A stretch of 64,000 nucleotides of DNA. Source: Eledone cirrhosa (lineage: Eukaryota). Both the position numbers and the translations under genes were made by a program. The notes beneath the pieces were generated by a model. That model made no database searches and was not told the origin of the DNA. It saw only the letters and a list, made by a program, of their open reading frames with translations. The stretch is from positions 170,252,001-170,316,000 of the forward strand of contig OZ024743.1 of assembly GCA_964016885.1 (NCBI GenBank), given 5' to 3'. Each line of letters opens with the position of its first letter. Positions within the stretch are counted from its first letter, which is position 1. This document shows, one piece after another, positions 38,300 through 53,397 of the stretch.

Positions 38300-39215
38300 G
38301 GGTGGGAGACAAAGAGGAATCAGTCACAGTCCTTGATTTGTATTTTATCACTTCCGAAAGAATGAAAGACAAAGTCAACCTGTGTGGGATTTGAACAAAT
38401 ACAGCAAGGCACTCTAGCTGATACTCCAATGATTCTATTGATTTATCACCTTTACTAACTACCTAAGGAAATAATGAATGAAGCAAAACAACTTGATGAC
38501 CATCCAACCGTTCCTATCATGGAAAACAGACGTTAAATGATGATGAATTGGCCCTAATGTTCTAATGACTGTCAATCCACCTTCTCACATTTTAGCAACA
38601 ATATTGATTTCTACTTGAGGCAAAAGGCCAGCAATTTAAGGGAGCATCAATTATATCGATCCAAGTACTTGACTGATACTTGATTTTATTGACCCCCCAA
38701 GCCAGTGTTGAAACACCACAAAGCATTTTGTCCAATGCTCTAACAATTCTACCAATCCACTACTTGACAGTAATGAATTTAATTTTAATAATTGTTACAA
38801 AGAATCAGTAAACCATTAAAACAAATAATTTCTTCCTTTCTTAGGGAATTCAACATTGGCAGAAAGAGGGGAAGGAATGGAGAGAGAGAGAAAGAGAGAG
38901 AGAGCAAGAGAAATTGACCTCAGTACTTGACTGATGCTCTATTAACCCTGAAGAGATAAAAAGTGAAGTTGACCTCAGCAAGGACTTGTGTCTGTTAGAA
39001 GTTAACATTATTGTAGCTAAATATCAGACAGCATTATTTTGTCTAGTCGGACAACATGCTTTGCTGCACAGAGTTACGATTCTTTGCGTTCTGAGTTCAA
39101 ATCTCAGTTCAAATCTCGCCTTTCATCCTTATGGGTTGATAAAATAAAGCATAGTAATGCACTGGGATTACTTTAATTGACTTTTCCCACTCTCTTTGAA
39201 GTTGCTGATCTTGTG
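38300..39215. mobile_element. Cluster of decayed tRNA-derived SINEs (three on minus, one on plus)
   Basis: Similar to 57215-57405: B-box gagttcaaat, gcctttcatcc..gataaaataaag core. Confidence 0.65.
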
Positions 39216-41884
39216 TTTCTCTTATATATATATATATATAATGTGTGTGTGTGCGTGTATATATTTATATATTTACTTCTAGCTGGTGGCTACAATGACC
39301 ATATTGCTTATTAGCTGTGGTAACAGTGGTCTTAGTGGTGGGATGAATGGCTGTGCTGCTGTATAGTGGTAGTGGTACTGATGATTGAGGAGGTGGGTGG
39401 GATGGAATATAGTTATATAAAATAAACAAGTCTCCTCCAACATACTTCAGAATATGATAGGTGGATGTGGCTGGGTAGGATATGGGTAAAGGTTGTGGTT
39501 GTGTGGGGATAAGAAATACCTCTAGGTGCCACACAAAGCCAAATAAAAGGTAAAGAGCCAATGAAATATTTTCCTAATTCCAGTACCAAATTTATCCTAA
39601 ACTTGACATCATCCACAACCACAACTAACATCAAATTCCAATTACTCCAACTACCAACATTACTCATTAATTAATTTCAAGGGAAACCAACAACACAATT
39701 ACTACAATTACCACCTCCCATACTACCAATACCACCATCACCATTACCTTCATTACTATCACCACCACCATCATCACCCTAACACCACAACTATCAACAC
39801 CACCATTACTATCACAACCACCAACGCTACCACCATCACTGATAATGTTGGATCATTTGTCAATTTCTATGAGCATTTAGTTGTTGGATAAACTGAATAG
39901 TCAACTTTCCACCTCAGGAATTAAATCTTTTATTATTCCACAGGCGTGATTCCCAAGATGAGTCAGCATAATACAATATATGATAAGGCTGGACATTTGA
40001 ATTACAGGTACAATCTATCCAATTGGCTTCCTGGTAGTTTCCATCTACCCAATTTCACTCACAAGGCTTGGAATTGACCCAAGGCTATGGTAAAATGCCT
40101 AGGATGACACCCAATGATATTGACCATGGACTTCAAATGATTGCAAAACACTTAGTCATGCTTGCATCTCTATCACCATTTTCATAGAGGACATCATTTA
40201 CAGTTCAATTTGCATGCAAATCGAGTCTTCCTTGAACCAACACTGTCTAGCCTGACTGGTCTTCCTTGCAACTAAACAGCTGCACATAGGTTAATTTGGT
40301 ACCTTCCTCATCAACCAGTACCATTCTTGATGATGAGTGAATATGCATTAGAGTGGCCTTGTCTTAGACCCCATGTGTGTGAGCCACACAAATCCCATTG
40401 TGGAGCTATGGTAGATGAGTGTAGACCACATCTGCTCTCTTGTCACTACAGTGCAGGTTAGTTCGCTCGGAATACTTGCTGTGAATGACATTTTCCATCA
40501 TTGCTGAAGCCTGCTAGCCTTGACTGTGGTAACAGCCAGCGCTGGAACAGGTTAACCCTTTTCGTGTTCAAGTAGGGTAAATCTCTAATCTGGAATGCCA
40601 TGTGCTGTGACACATTCTCTGCCACTGGCTACAGACCCGGGCACAGCCACCCATAACACAGAGCAGTGGAAGATAGTATTTGACCAACTACTTCCTTTTT
40701 ATACTTGTTGCTGTCAAGACTTCCATTGCCTTTAGTCTTTGAACTGCTAGTTTCCTTTGCAGAATTGAGAGGAGTGCATCTTGCCTGAGGAAGGAGCCCC
40801 TTGAGGTAGAGTGGCTGAAGCAGCAGGGGTTGCTGGCTGTTCTTCACAGCAGTGCCTTCGCCCTCTTATCCACACAGGGTGCAATTTAGATATACCACCT
40901 GCATATGGGTGTAACATCTGTCCCTCTCACCCCTTCCTCTTATTTCATTATTTAATTTTTTTTTTTTCTTACTATGAAATTATTTATTGATTTTCAATAA
41001 AATTTGTTATGCCTCCTAGTGGGTCAAGAGAAAGGGAAAACAACATATTTAACTCTGTGTGTTTACACCCAATGATCTCACTAACTACTATACTATACAC
41101 TAAATACTGTAATTCTAGATACACTATATCTAAATTATGATGGGATTGTCACAGCTGGAATATCTTCAATCTTAGGTCTTCTTGACATGGACTTGCCGAG
41201 TTTAAATAACAACAAAAATACAAGAACTAAAATTTCAAATTATAAGTTTTCCTCAGGAAAAAATGAATGAGTCACATATACTTTGTGTTTTAAGTGCAGA
41301 ATATATTACAACTGACTTTCACCACTCCTATGGTATCCCATATAGGTATAAGTGTTTTATATATAGAAAGTTAATAAGTAGGTGACATCTTCGCTAATTG
41401 ATTGTTGTATATCTTTTTCCATGAAGGTTTACCCTCCATAATCTGCTAGGTTTGTAGTTGGCACTGAACTTACTTGCCTACCAACAAACTGAGCTTATCA
41501 TTTCCTTCTTGGCTACACACAGAGAGGGCAAGAGAGTGAGAGGCTGTGGTAGTAGCAGGAAGTAATGTGAATATGTGTGTATGTCACGATGGTTGTGATG
41601 TCACCTTTATTATATTTACTTCCACCATCCTTCTTTCTTTCCTTTCTAAACCAATATCCAATTAGTGCAACAAGTTGATTTGGCTGATGAAATATGAAAT
41701 CCAGAAAATTCTAAAATGAAAATTAATAATTAGATTAATAAATATATAGAAGGATAGATAGATACTTTTTATCTTTCTATTTCATCTTTTATTTCATGTG
41801 TTGAATTAATATATTTCTTCATTGTACTCTGTTGTTTGCTTTGTTATTTCTGTTTAAATAAATAAATAAATATATATATATATA

Positions 41885-43273
41885 TGGGAGCAGTCAGCAA
41901 AGTTAGGGTTAATGACTATAGCAAGGAATTTAGTGTACAGATTGGCATCCACCGGGGCTCTGTTCTTAGCCCTCTCCTGTTTATTATCGTCTTGCAGGCT
42001 GTAACAGGGGAGTTTGAAACTGGATGCCCATAGGAACTTCTGTATGTGGATGATCTTACACTTATATCTGAATCTATGGTGGAACTAGAGAAGAAATTCT
42101 AAACATGGAAGAAGGGCCTAGAAAGAAGGGGTCTCAAAGTCAACATGACAAAGACTAAGGTCCTCATAAGTAAAAGAGACAACAGAACCATTATCCTCTC
42201 GGGGAAATGGCCTTGCTCAGTATGTAGGAAAGGTGTTGGTAGAAATTCCAGCCTCTGCCCCAAATGCAAACTATGGGTACTCAAGAAATGTAGTGGGATC
42301 TCAGGAAGTTTAGCTAAGAATGTAGGCTTTACATGTAGCAGTTACACTGCGACAGTAAGCAGCAAATGATCACAGGAAATAAACACTACCAAATTCTGGG
42401 AGAGCTCAGTAGAAACAGTAGACAGCTTTTGCTACCCGGGTGACTGAATTAGCAGTGGAGGTAGGTGTTCTGAACGTGCAGTAGCCAGAGTAAGAACTAA
42501 ATTGAAGAAGTTCAGGGAGCTACTACCACTGCTAGCTGCAAAAGGCTTTTCCCTCAAAATGAAAGGTAGACTGTATGATGTGTGGTGTGCATACAAACAG
42601 TAATGGTGCATGGTAGTGAGACCTGGGTGTTGTGTACAGAAGACTTGCATAGATTGGAAAAAATGAAGCTTGCATGCTCTGATGGATGTGTATGTAATAG
42701 TAATATACGTGAATGGCAAAGCATAAACGAACTGAGAGAGAAACTAGGCATAAGAAGAATCAAATGCTGTGAGCAGAAGAGGAGATTACGTTGGTATGGA
42801 CCTGTGATGCATATGAAGGATGATAGCTGCATAGAAAGATGCACAGAGCTCAAAGTCGATGGAAGCCTCTTCCAGCTTATAACTTGGGATGAGATGATAA
42901 AAGCTGATCATGTCCAATTGCACCTCTCAAAGGCAATGACACAGGACCAAGATCTCTGGCATTATGCAGTAATACAGAAAGCCTGACTTCCCGTGGGTAC
43001 AGGCCGAAGCTGATGCACATATACAGTATGCTCCCACCCCTTCCCGCTGTAAAGTGGTCATGTAGTTGTCACAACAAAAAGCACCCAGTCCGCACTGTAT
43101 AATTGTCATGGAGGCGTCACGACAAAAAGCACCCAGTACTCACTGTAAATGAGGTTGGCATTAGGAAGGGCATCCAGCTGTAGAAATCAAGCCAAAATCA
43201 GTTCTGTATTTAGCAAGACATCATCAAACCCATGCTAGCATGATAAAATGGATGTAAAACGGTGATGATGATG
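41885..43273 (+). mobile_element. RTE family A 3' fragment
   Basis: SGKWPCSVCRKGVG; HGSETW; RLRWYG; tail ending gatgatgatgat. Confidence 0.88.
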
Positions 43274-43569
43274 ATATATATATAGTATAAATAAAGTTTC
43301 ATACACTTTATTTAGTCATGGCCAACACTATATAATGAAAGAGGCACTTTTAAACTAGCCCTTCATTCAGGCACATGGACAAAAAAATATATATCAAAAT
43401 CACTATTTAGCAAACATTATCCCATGTTAGCATGGGATAGACGAGTTGGCCCATTGGGAGACAGAACTGATTTAGGCTTGGTTTCTACAACTGAATGCCC
43501 TCCCTAACTCCAACCACATTTACAGTGTGGACTGGGTGCTTTTTGTCATACTTGTGTATGTGTACACAT

Positions 43570-43990
43570 ATGGAGCAGAAACATGGCCCCTCACAGAGAC
43601 CCTGGCAAAGAGGATGGACAGCTTTGATGGCTGAATCCTGAGGACCTCCAAGAACATTTCCAACAAATAGTTGTTTGCATGTACTCATCAGCCCACAGCC
43701 TCCCGCCTCATAGCCATCCACCACATGCACTGGTACTGACATGTCCTCCACCTGCTGCCCGATCATTCTACCAGAGCCTTACTCTCATTCAATACAACAG
43801 CTATAGGCTGGAAGGGCCCTGCGGCAGGCCTCACACCAGATGGCTGGAAGTCATCAAAGGAGATCTCCAGAGACTCAATGCCAACTTGGAGGATGCAGAG
43901 GGGTTGGCACTGGCACTGGTAGATCTGGTAGGCTCCGTGCATGATGAGGCCTCTGGGATCACTGGCCCAAGATGACCCCAGTCTCATCAA
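43570..43990 (+). mobile_element. RTE-type 3' fragment
   Basis: GAETWPLTETLAKRMDSFD; GRPHTRWLEVIKGDL. Confidence 0.6.
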
Positions 43991-45370
43991 ACTAGAGCAA
44001 GAAGAGAGAAGGAAGAGTACACATATGCATGTATATATGTATAAGTATGCCTGCACTTGTGGGCAGTTATTATAAGTGTTACCACATGGATCCCATATAT
44101 TCATACACTAATTATACTTATACACATCACCATAGTGTGTGTGCTTCTGTGTTCATATGTGCTTGTGGTGTTGTTTGCATGAGGCTTTGGCCTGGGACCA
44201 TCTTGGCCTCTGAGTAAAATGTAGTGCAGCATTTATTAAGACTTTCCTGCATATCCTGGTTCCCCATTTGACATCTGTCTACAACCACCATCCTTCGGAG
44301 TCTGGTTGTTGGCAGCTAATTTGTTGTAGCACTGTATGTGATGCCTTGTAGTATCTCTTACAGCCCTCTTCAACCATACTCACGACATGGGATATGGTGA
44401 CATGCATGCACGGACTACTGTAGTCCTCCCTCTGCACTACTTAGGGAATGTTTCTACTTATGTGTGTATGTGTATGCATATCATTGTTTTGCATCCATTC
44501 TTCCACGTTAGCATAGGTTAGATGAGTTGTCCTGTTGTGGGCAATGCTATGTCAGGTGACCATGTCTTGACCATTTTGGCTCTGTATGAGGTACGTATGT
44601 ATGATTGACTGAGCTCACAAATGTAGTTAGCCATTTTGGAAAATTGGATTTCAGAATAAGACTTGTGTATTAAAGAGTTAGAGTGTATGTGTTTGTTTGT
44701 ACAAGTGTATGCGTTTGTTTGTACAAAGCTATAAGGGTATGAATATTGTGATACACATCAGTCTTTGAAGGGCTATTGTCTGTATATTGTTGTCTGTGGC
44801 TTACTAATTACACATTTGTTTGCTTCCTGAAAATAATTTTTTCCCCTGTTTTCCTTCTTTTCTTACTTTCAGCTACCTTTTTATTTCTTCTCTCTCATTC
44901 TATCTTCCAATGGAGGACTAATGTCTGAAAAATTGATTTATTTCCTACTATATTAAACATTACATATCATCATTGTATTTTATTATTCTCCCATGAGTGA
45001 GAGAGAGTGAGAGAGAAATTATTATAAATAGTGTTCAAGCCAGGTAGAAGTTGTCAGGTATACACATCACTTTAAACTTCATAACCTTAAAATAGACTTT
45101 TTTGAAGTAAGAATTTTTTTTTCTTTTCCTTTACTTAATGTTTTCTTTTTTTTTATGTCACTTTTTCTTTTATCTTGTATCAGGATGGATGTTTTCCAGT
45201 TCTTTCCATTTATCATTGGGTTCATCTGTTCTGTCTTACTTCTACCATCTCTTAGTCTCATAAAGAACAATTTCAACTCAGCTGAGATCTTCAATTTTAC
45301 CTTAATAGTTCATACATTAATCAAGTCAAAGCTCATGAAAGAAAGAAATAACAAGAACAATTTCAAATAA

Positions 45371-45375
45371 CTCTC

Positions 45376-45444
<69 letters not shown>
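45371..45444. repeat. (CT)n microsatellite
   Basis: Directly visible. Confidence 0.95.
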
Positions 45445-45447
<3 letters not shown>

Positions 45448-45449
45448 GA

Positions 45450-46175
45450 AGGTGGTGCGTACTGTATGTGTGCTTCAGCCTCTACTCATTGGAAGGCAGG
45501 TCTTCTGTATTACTGCATAGTGCCTGAGATCTCGGTCCTGTGTCATCTTTGAGAGGTGCAATTGTGCAAGGTCAGCTTTTATCAACTCCTCCCAAGTCAT
45601 CCTGGGTCTTCTCACTCCATGGCTTCCATCAATTTTGAGCACTCTGCACCTTTTTATACCGCTGTCATCTTTCATACACATCACATGTCCATACCAACGC
45701 AATCTCCTCTCCTGCACACTGCATCTGATTCTTCTTATGCCTAGTTTCTCTCTCAGTTCGTTTATGCTCTGCCATTCACGTATATTACTATTACACATCT
45801 GTTGGAGCATCCAGGCTTCATTTCTTTCCTATCTTCACAAATTCTCTGCACACTACCCAGGTCTCATTACCATGCAACATTGCTGTTTGTATACATGCAT
45901 CATACAGTCTACCTTCCATTTTGAGGGAAAAGCCTTTTGCAGCTAGGAGTGGTAGTACCTCCCCGAACTTCTTCCATCCAGTTTTCACCCTGGTTACTGT
46001 ACTTTCATATTACCCACTCTCTGCTAATTTGGTCTCCCAGGTAGCAGAAGCTGTCTACTGCTTCTACTGAGCCTTCCCAAAATTTGATAGTGCTTATTTC
46101 CTGTGGTCGTTTGCTACTTACTGCTCCAGTGCCTACATTTTTAGCTAAACTACCTGAGATCCCACTCTTCTTGCA
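45450..46175 (-). mobile_element. RTE family A fragment
   Basis: RRLRWYGHVM..RPRMTW (45475-45810); GWKKF region near 45970. Confidence 0.85.
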
Positions 46176-47144
46176 TATTCAGCAGCTTATGTCTAACCTA
46201 CGTACATGCATATCATCATCACCATTTTGTGTCTACCATGGGGAGACAGGTTGTCACATTCTGCAGCTAGACAGACAGGTCAGATGATCATGTTTTGCTC
46301 ATACATTCCGTTTTGGTGTGGATTTTATAGCTGGATGCTCTTCACAGCATGTTCTGAATATGTTTTATCATGGCACCAGCACTACCACTTTACAATGTTT
46401 GCTGAATGCATTTTATTGTAGCATTGACACTAGAGCACTCATTGTGTTCTTGCAGAGGCCGTGATAGGAGAAGGGGAAGCTGTGAACAAGGGCTACATGC
46501 TGCTTACCAAGGGAAAAGTGACCTTAATAGTGATGTTTGTGAGGTACACTCATCTTTTCATGCTGGCTGGTATATTTGGCCGAGGAACCAGGAATCAGAG
46601 AAAAGGAGAACACTAAGGTGGTTAAGAGGTAGACTGTGCGCGCGTGTGTGTGTGCACACGGGGAAAGACTGGGAGGTACTTTCCTCATTTCTCCCTCCCA
46701 CATCACAACAAAATCCCCTCCCTCTTCAAATTCAAACCTGTCACACTACACCTCTCAGCACTTACCCATCCTTCTTACCTACTTATCTTATTCTCCCTAT
46801 CCCCTCCCCCCATAGGATGGAGAGGGCCCTTCAATTAAACCTATGACCAACAACTACTCTAGCATTGGTACCATGATAAAATGCATCCAGTACACTCCAT
46901 AAAGTTGTTGGTGTTAGGAAGGACTTCTAGCTGTAGGAATCATGCCAAAAAGTACCTAGTGCTGATGCCATGATAAAATGCACTTGGTAGAGTGCAGAAA
47001 CATATGTAAGTGACATGCAGGCCCCCAACATATCTAAAGTGTCAGTAGCTCAGTATTGACTTGGTCTGTGGTGATCTGTCTAACCCTTGCAAACAGGAAA
47101 AAACAGGTGTTAAATGGGGATGATGATGATGATATATATACGTG

Positions 47145-47206
<62 letters not shown>

Positions 47207-47267
47207 GTAGAACACTGGAAGGTAATATCCATAGTGGTAGAGCACTCAGTCCATGGGATGAGTTAGG

Positions 47268-47400
47268 TAGAAGTGGTTACACAACAGTTAGTTCACCATA
47301 CCGAGAACAATTGTTTCACCTTAGTGGATCCTCAGCTCGTAATCTAAGGTGAAACAATTGTTCTTGGTATGGTGAACTAACTGTTGTGTAACCACTTCTA
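47268..47400. repeat. Short PLE-type fold-back element 5 (57-bp arms 47268-47324 and 47344-47400)
   Basis: Near-perfect hairpin carrying the GAAACAATTGT half of the HHR motif; CUGANGA half absent. Confidence 0.65.
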
Positions 47401-48419
47401 TATATATATAAAACACATACACCCACACATATGTGTAGATAGAGATAATTCCATAAAACATCACAATGCTGTTATACACTTCTGCATATATCAGATGAAA
47501 TTGGAGCCAATCTTTCACCGCTTAACATTTAATCTTTTACTTATTTGTAGTTTAATCCCCTGCCAAATCTCTCTTCTGGCTTTTCCATCTTGTTCTTATA
47601 CATCCTATCTGAATTGGTCCATAATGGAACCTGCATACATTCGCTCAATCTGATAGAAAAAACAGCCAAAATTTTCTGAAATCATATTCTACTGTTCTTA
47701 ACTAAAGAAGGATACATTAGATTATATAGTTTCTGATAGATAAAATACATAGTGGTCATTGCTGGAATACCTTCCTTCATATTTAATACTTAAAATGCTG
47801 CACCACATGAAATTGCATTACCAAGACAGTCTTGTAAAGTATAAAACAGCACTATGACTGCATAACATTAAAAATTTAAGTCTTTACTTTAGTTTACTGC
47901 AAATTTTCAGGGATTAGTAAAGATATTATAAACATTTGAATTAATAAATCAGTTTTTAGATATTTAAATATTATCTGCAAAATCATTACATTGTTAAGCT
48001 CAATCATAGCTAACCCACTATTTCTTCCAACTCTGTACATTCTCATTTTAAATCCTGCTGAGGTCAACTTTGCCTTACATCCTTCTTGGGTTGATAAATA
48101 ATCACCATCATCATTTTTACATCTGCATTTCTATGCTGGCATCGGTTAAAGGAGAAATTTGGAGGCAGTTTTTCTATGTCTAGATGCCTTTTCTTACAGA
48201 GTTCCATGCATATTTATTAGTATAACAGAAAGAGGTGGTGGAATAAATAGGAGGGAGGATCAATAGAGAGCCAGACAAAATTTACATTAGTGTTTCCACT
48301 TCTCTACATTGATATGGTTTGGACAGGACTTTCGTAAGCAGTGTTTTATGACTGGATGCCCTTCCTGATGCAATAATATAGTGTATTTATTCCCAAATCT
48401 GGGATACACGTGGTGTAAA

Positions 48420-49062
48420 ATTATTTGCAGTATTTAGTTATGTCCTGAGTTCAAATCCTGCCTAGGTAGACTTGTGATCTCTTCAGGGCAGATAAAATAA
48501 TGTGCCAGTCAAATACTGAGTTAATTTAAGCAACTGACCCCTTCCCTTAAATTTCTAAACCAACCGCCTTCAATTCATTTCCCCTTCCCTTCAAAATTGC
48601 TGGCCATGTGCCTAAATTAGAAATCATTATTATTATTATTTCTACTGTTTAGATTGGCAGTATTAGTAGAGTATCAGACAATATGCCTTGTGACATATAG
48701 TTATGTCCCTTTACATTCTTAGTTCAAATCCTGCTGAGGATAGTTTTGCTTTTCCTCCCTTATGGAGTCAATAAAATATAGTACCAATATTACACTCAGG
48801 TCGATTGAATCGGCTTTGCCCTCCACCAAAATTGTTGGCCTTGTGCCTAAATCACAACCCTTTATTATTATTATTTTTGCAGCATAGATTTGGGTTCTTT
48901 ATGTTCTGAGTTCAAATCCCACCGAGGTTAGCTTTGCTGTTCATCCTTATGGGGTTGATAAAATAAAGCATCAGTAATGCACTGGGGTCCATTTAATCAA
49001 CTTTCCCCTCTCCCAAAATTGCTGGCTTTGTGCCAATAGTAGAAATCATTGTTGTTATTATT
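48420..49062 (+). mobile_element. Three head-to-tail tRNA-derived SINE copies
   Basis: Repeated gagttcaaatcc..cctt..gataaaata..aattgctggcc..tgtgcctaaa..(att)n units. Confidence 0.75.
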
Positions 49063-49289
49063 ACTGATTTCTATCAATCAGCTGTTGTAGTTTCTATCCT
49101 TGGCTACAGAATTGATAATCTGCTGACATTGTTCATGAATTTCCTTGGGAAACTTTGGATCCCAGTACCCCACCCCACCCCATCTCCCAAAGCTGCTGCT
49201 GCTCTTCTTGCAGCTGAAGGTGCTTCTGTAGTTGTAGCTGTTACTTCTGTTTCTAGTGCCATTGTTCTTTTAATCAATTGCAGAATATT

Positions 49290-49680
49290 GCCTCTACCAT
49301 CATCATCACTACCCCCACCACTACCCCATCAACACCACTACAATTACTATTACCACTAATACAACCACTACTAACATCATCATCACTACCCCCACAATCA
49401 CTATTACCACCAGCACAACCTCCACTAACACCATTGCAACAACCACCTCTACTACTACCATCACCACCACAAGCAAGCACCACAACCATTAACAAAGCTA
49501 TTAGCACTGCCATGATGACAACTATCACAACTACCACCACTGCCATCATCACAACTATTACAACCATCACTACTAACACTATCCTGCCACACTACCACAA
49601 CCACCACTATCATCACAATACCAGCATTATCCCACACCCAATACTATAGCCATCATTGCTGTTATCATCTCATATCATTT
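49290..49680. repeat. CAC/CAT/ACT-rich low-complexity trinucleotide tract (similar at 39700-39840 and 50620-50885)
   Basis: Directly visible. Confidence 0.85.
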
Positions 49681-50179
49681 AACTGGAAACCCCTTTTTTC
49701 CTCTCTACTTTCCTCTTCTTTTCTTCATCTATTTCCTCCCTCTTCTCCCCTTCCCCTGGCCTACTCAATGCACTGCATCTAAACATGCACCAGCCAGTGC
49801 ACTGACATGCTTCTTAAAGTGGTGCATGGTGGGAAGAATTAGCTGCTCACAACATAATTGTTTATTTGTTTATTGTTGCCTTTCTTGTTTCTGAATGAAA
49901 GGGTTTGTAATCTATGAATGGAATGAACAATTTGTCTGTGCATGCATGTGTGTGTGTGTTGGTGTTGTAAAGTGCAGTACACATTATGAGAAAATGTTGA
50001 ATGAACTGATACACACACACTCTCATTCACATTCATATATATATATATATATATATATATGAAAAGTCGGTTTCCCAATGCAAATGATCATAATAATAAG
50101 TCAATCACTCTAAATAATTGTTGAGAAGATCAGGTACAGTACACCTCAAGACAGAAGAAAGTGGACTGGGGCACCTTAT

Positions 50180-50362
50180 CGGACAACATGCTTTGCAGCA
50201 TGTAGTTACAGCCCTTTAAGTTCTGTGTTCAAATCCTGCTGAGGTTAGCTTTGCCTTTCATCCTCACGGGGTTGCTAAAATAATGCACCAGTAACTTACT
50301 GGGATCAATTTAATCAACTTCTCTTCCCCCAAAATTTCTTGTGCTTAAATCAGAAACCATTA
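50180..50362 (+). mobile_element. tRNA-derived SINE
   Basis: gttcaaatcctgctgaggttagctttgcctttcatcc core. Confidence 0.7.
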
Positions 50363-50434
50363 TGGTCATTTACATTCAGAAGCACACATTACAAATTTCA
50401 AATTTTCCCAATATTTCTTTTATCAATCACTTTG

Positions 50435-50436
<2 letters not shown>

Positions 50437-50526
<90 letters not shown>
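50437..50526. repeat. (CA)n microsatellite
   Basis: Directly visible. Confidence 0.97.
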
Positions 50527-52153
50527 TAAATCATCATCATCATCATCATTATTTTACATCTGCTTTTCCCTGCTTACAAGGGTATATATATATTCATTGG
50601 TCCCCAATCAAAATTCTTGTTTCCACTGCCACCAATACCCCTATCTTCATCACCACCACTGCCACCAACACCATCCCTACCATCACCAGTACTACCTCTA
50701 TCACGACAACCACCACCACTATCACCATTACCAACATCACCATCAGCAGCAGCATCTCGATCACTATCATCACCATCGCAGTCACTACTACTATCACCAC
50801 CATAACTATCATGACATCGCCATCATCATTATAATGAATGCCATCAACATCAGTACATCCACCACAACCACTACCATCATCATTTGTACTCAACCAAATC
50901 CAGAAAACAAACAAGACAATAACAACAAAACAAAATAAAATGTTTATAAAAACAAGCAATAAAAAAAAACTAATAATGTTTTATATTATTGATTATTTCT
51001 GTGATCATTGTTATTCTTATTATAGGGGTGGAGGTAATGGCAATGACATGTTAGTGGTGGTAGTGGCAGCAACAGTGGGTGGAGGTGAGGTGTCGAAGAA
51101 ATATGTTCAGAATCTGAGAAAGTGGGTCAGAATAGTGGCACAACGTGTTTGGGGTGCGGTGCATGATGATTGGGGCTAGTGGGGATTTGTGAAATAGAAG
51201 GGAATCGTTCTGTAATTCTGGTAATTGGTGTTGTGTACAGGAAAGAATAAAAGATCTTTTGTATTCTACTATTCTGATTAAAGGTGCTGGAAAGGAAGGA
51301 ATAATCTCTCTTATTCTGTTTTCTGGAGAGGAAGGAGGAATACAGGATCAATCATTCTATCGTTCTGCTGTTCTGATAAAGGTGCCATGTTGAGAGGAAC
51401 AAATAAGGAATCTGTCATATTCTGTTGTGATTGAAAAACAAGAGATTTGGATCAATCATTTTCTCATTCTGACAAAACGCACTGTTCTGAAGAGAAAAAA
51501 AAAAGAATAAAGGATTAGTCATTCTACCATTCTGATTCACATGGAATTGAAAGGAATCATCTGTGATTTTTCCTTCTTTTTTCCCTTTTTCTGAATGAAG
51601 AATCTGAACGGATTCATTTTATTATTATGTTGTAGATGGTAAATAAGTAAAGGGTTCAGGATCATTCTACTGCAGAGAAGTAGAAGGCTGTTTGTAACAA
51701 GGAATTATATAAATGGTAAAGATTTTTAAGGATCCATTTGCTATACTTTCCAAGGAATATTTCCAAGGAATATTGTACCGATGTGATGTCTTGAAGACGG
51801 AAAATTTATTATCATTTGTTGTAAGGGGAAACAGAAAAAAATCCCTAACTCTTCCCGCTTCTACCCCACCCTTATACACATGTATGTATGCTACACCAAG
51901 AGAAAATCCCTAATATAAAACAGAGGTTAGTATATATTGCTATTTTAAAAAAAAATCTATTGGCTTCTTATTTCAGTATTCTTTCTTCTGTGGAGGGAAG
52001 GTGAAGCATTGTAGGGTCTTATGTGCATGTATGTATGTATTTATGTACGTATGTATATGTACTTATGTATGTGTGTGTATGTATATATGCATATGTCTGT
52101 GTCATCATCATCATCTTCGTTTAACATCCATTTTCCACGCTAGCATGGGTTAG

Positions 52154-52184
<31 letters not shown>

Positions 52185-52398
52185 GTGTTTGTGGGTGTGT
52201 ATATTTGTGGGTGTGTATGTGTGTTTGTGGGTGTGTATATATGTATGTGTGTTTGTGGGTGTATATATATGTGTGTGTGTTTGTGGGTGTGTATATGTGC
52301 GTGTGTGTGTGTCTGTTTCTATGTATGTTAGTGTTGTTTCCTGCAAAGCATACAAAACATGGTTTACCAATGAACATAAATAATAAATCCAATGTTAA

Positions 52399-52549
52399 CC
52401 CTTTAGTTACTAACCCAGCCAAAACCGGCTCCGATTATAGGAAATAAAGTCACCCATTTTAGTAATGAAATAATTAATAATTTTAATAAAATTCTTCATT
52501 AATTAATTAAAATAGAGTGTATTTCATTAGAAATGCAGTCAAGAAAGGG
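52399..52549. mobile_element. piggyBac-type MITE
   Basis: TTAA|ccctttagttact ... agtcaagaaaggg|TTAA. Confidence 0.7.
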
Positions 52550-52629
52550 TTAATATAAATCTTTCAATTTTACGAGACAGCTTGAAAGGATGTACAATTA
52601 TATTGTTTGATCTTTAATTATAATTAACT

Positions 52630-53107
52630 CTTTAGTAGCAACACACCTTCCCTACCATCACCCCTCCCATACACCTCCCTTGCTGTAATCCCACCCCTAT
52701 ACCTACCTTACCAATTTCTCAGGCATCTTCCCCACCCCCACCCAAGCCATACCATAAAGTGATCTCCTTGGAGCCACGACAAAATTGCCCACTCCACACA
52801 GAAAATTGGTCGTGTAGGTGTCATGACAAAAAGCACGCAGTCCACACTGTAAAGTCGTCATGTAGGCGACACAACAAAAAGAGCCCACTCCACACTGTAA
52901 AGTGATCATGTAGGTGTCACGATACAAAGCAACCAACATACACTGTAAATGTGGTTGATGTTAGGAATAGCATCCAGCCATAGAAAACAAGCCAAAATCA
53001 GTTCTGTGTGAGCGAAAACATGGTTCTTCCTCCTGGGTCTCTCATAACGAGAGAACCCACCCTACCCATGCTAGCATGGAAAATGGATATTAAAAGATGA
53101 TGATGAT
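52630..53107 (+). mobile_element. RTE family A 3' UTR with ~46-bp tandem units
   Basis: Repeated ccacactgtaaagt..tgtaggtgtca..aaaaagc units; tail catgctagcatggaaaa..gatgatgat. Confidence 0.75.
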
Positions 53108-53397
53108 ACCAAAATACCTGAAGCCAGCCATGATGTAAAACTGTTTATTTCAAGTGTGTTTATTTAAAAACCTTCCATTTTATGTTGGGACATTCGTTAG
53201 ATTCCAATTATCAGTTTAATAATGAGACAGTTATTTTACTAAATTCTTCCAAATACGTGATTATTGTCAAAATTACTGGAAAATCATTGGCATTGTATTC
53301 CGCTGAAAATATACCATTGAAAGGTGTGTCTCTTGATGGTGCATTATGGTCCACCTGGTTCCTTACCACACTTCCTTCATTATATATATATATATAT

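Noticed and set aside
40700-40860. HDV-like ribozyme at a possible LINE 5' end on the minus strand
   Set aside because: Could not assemble the P1/P2/P3/P1.1 pseudoknot by eye
49030-50959. His/Thr/Pro-rich ORFs
   Set aside because: Arise from CAC/CAT/CA simple repeats; no domain or splice support
52750-52950. CRISPR-like repeat array (also 60090-60570)
   Set aside because: Degenerate tandem units without unique spacers, inside eukaryotic transposons; no cas genes
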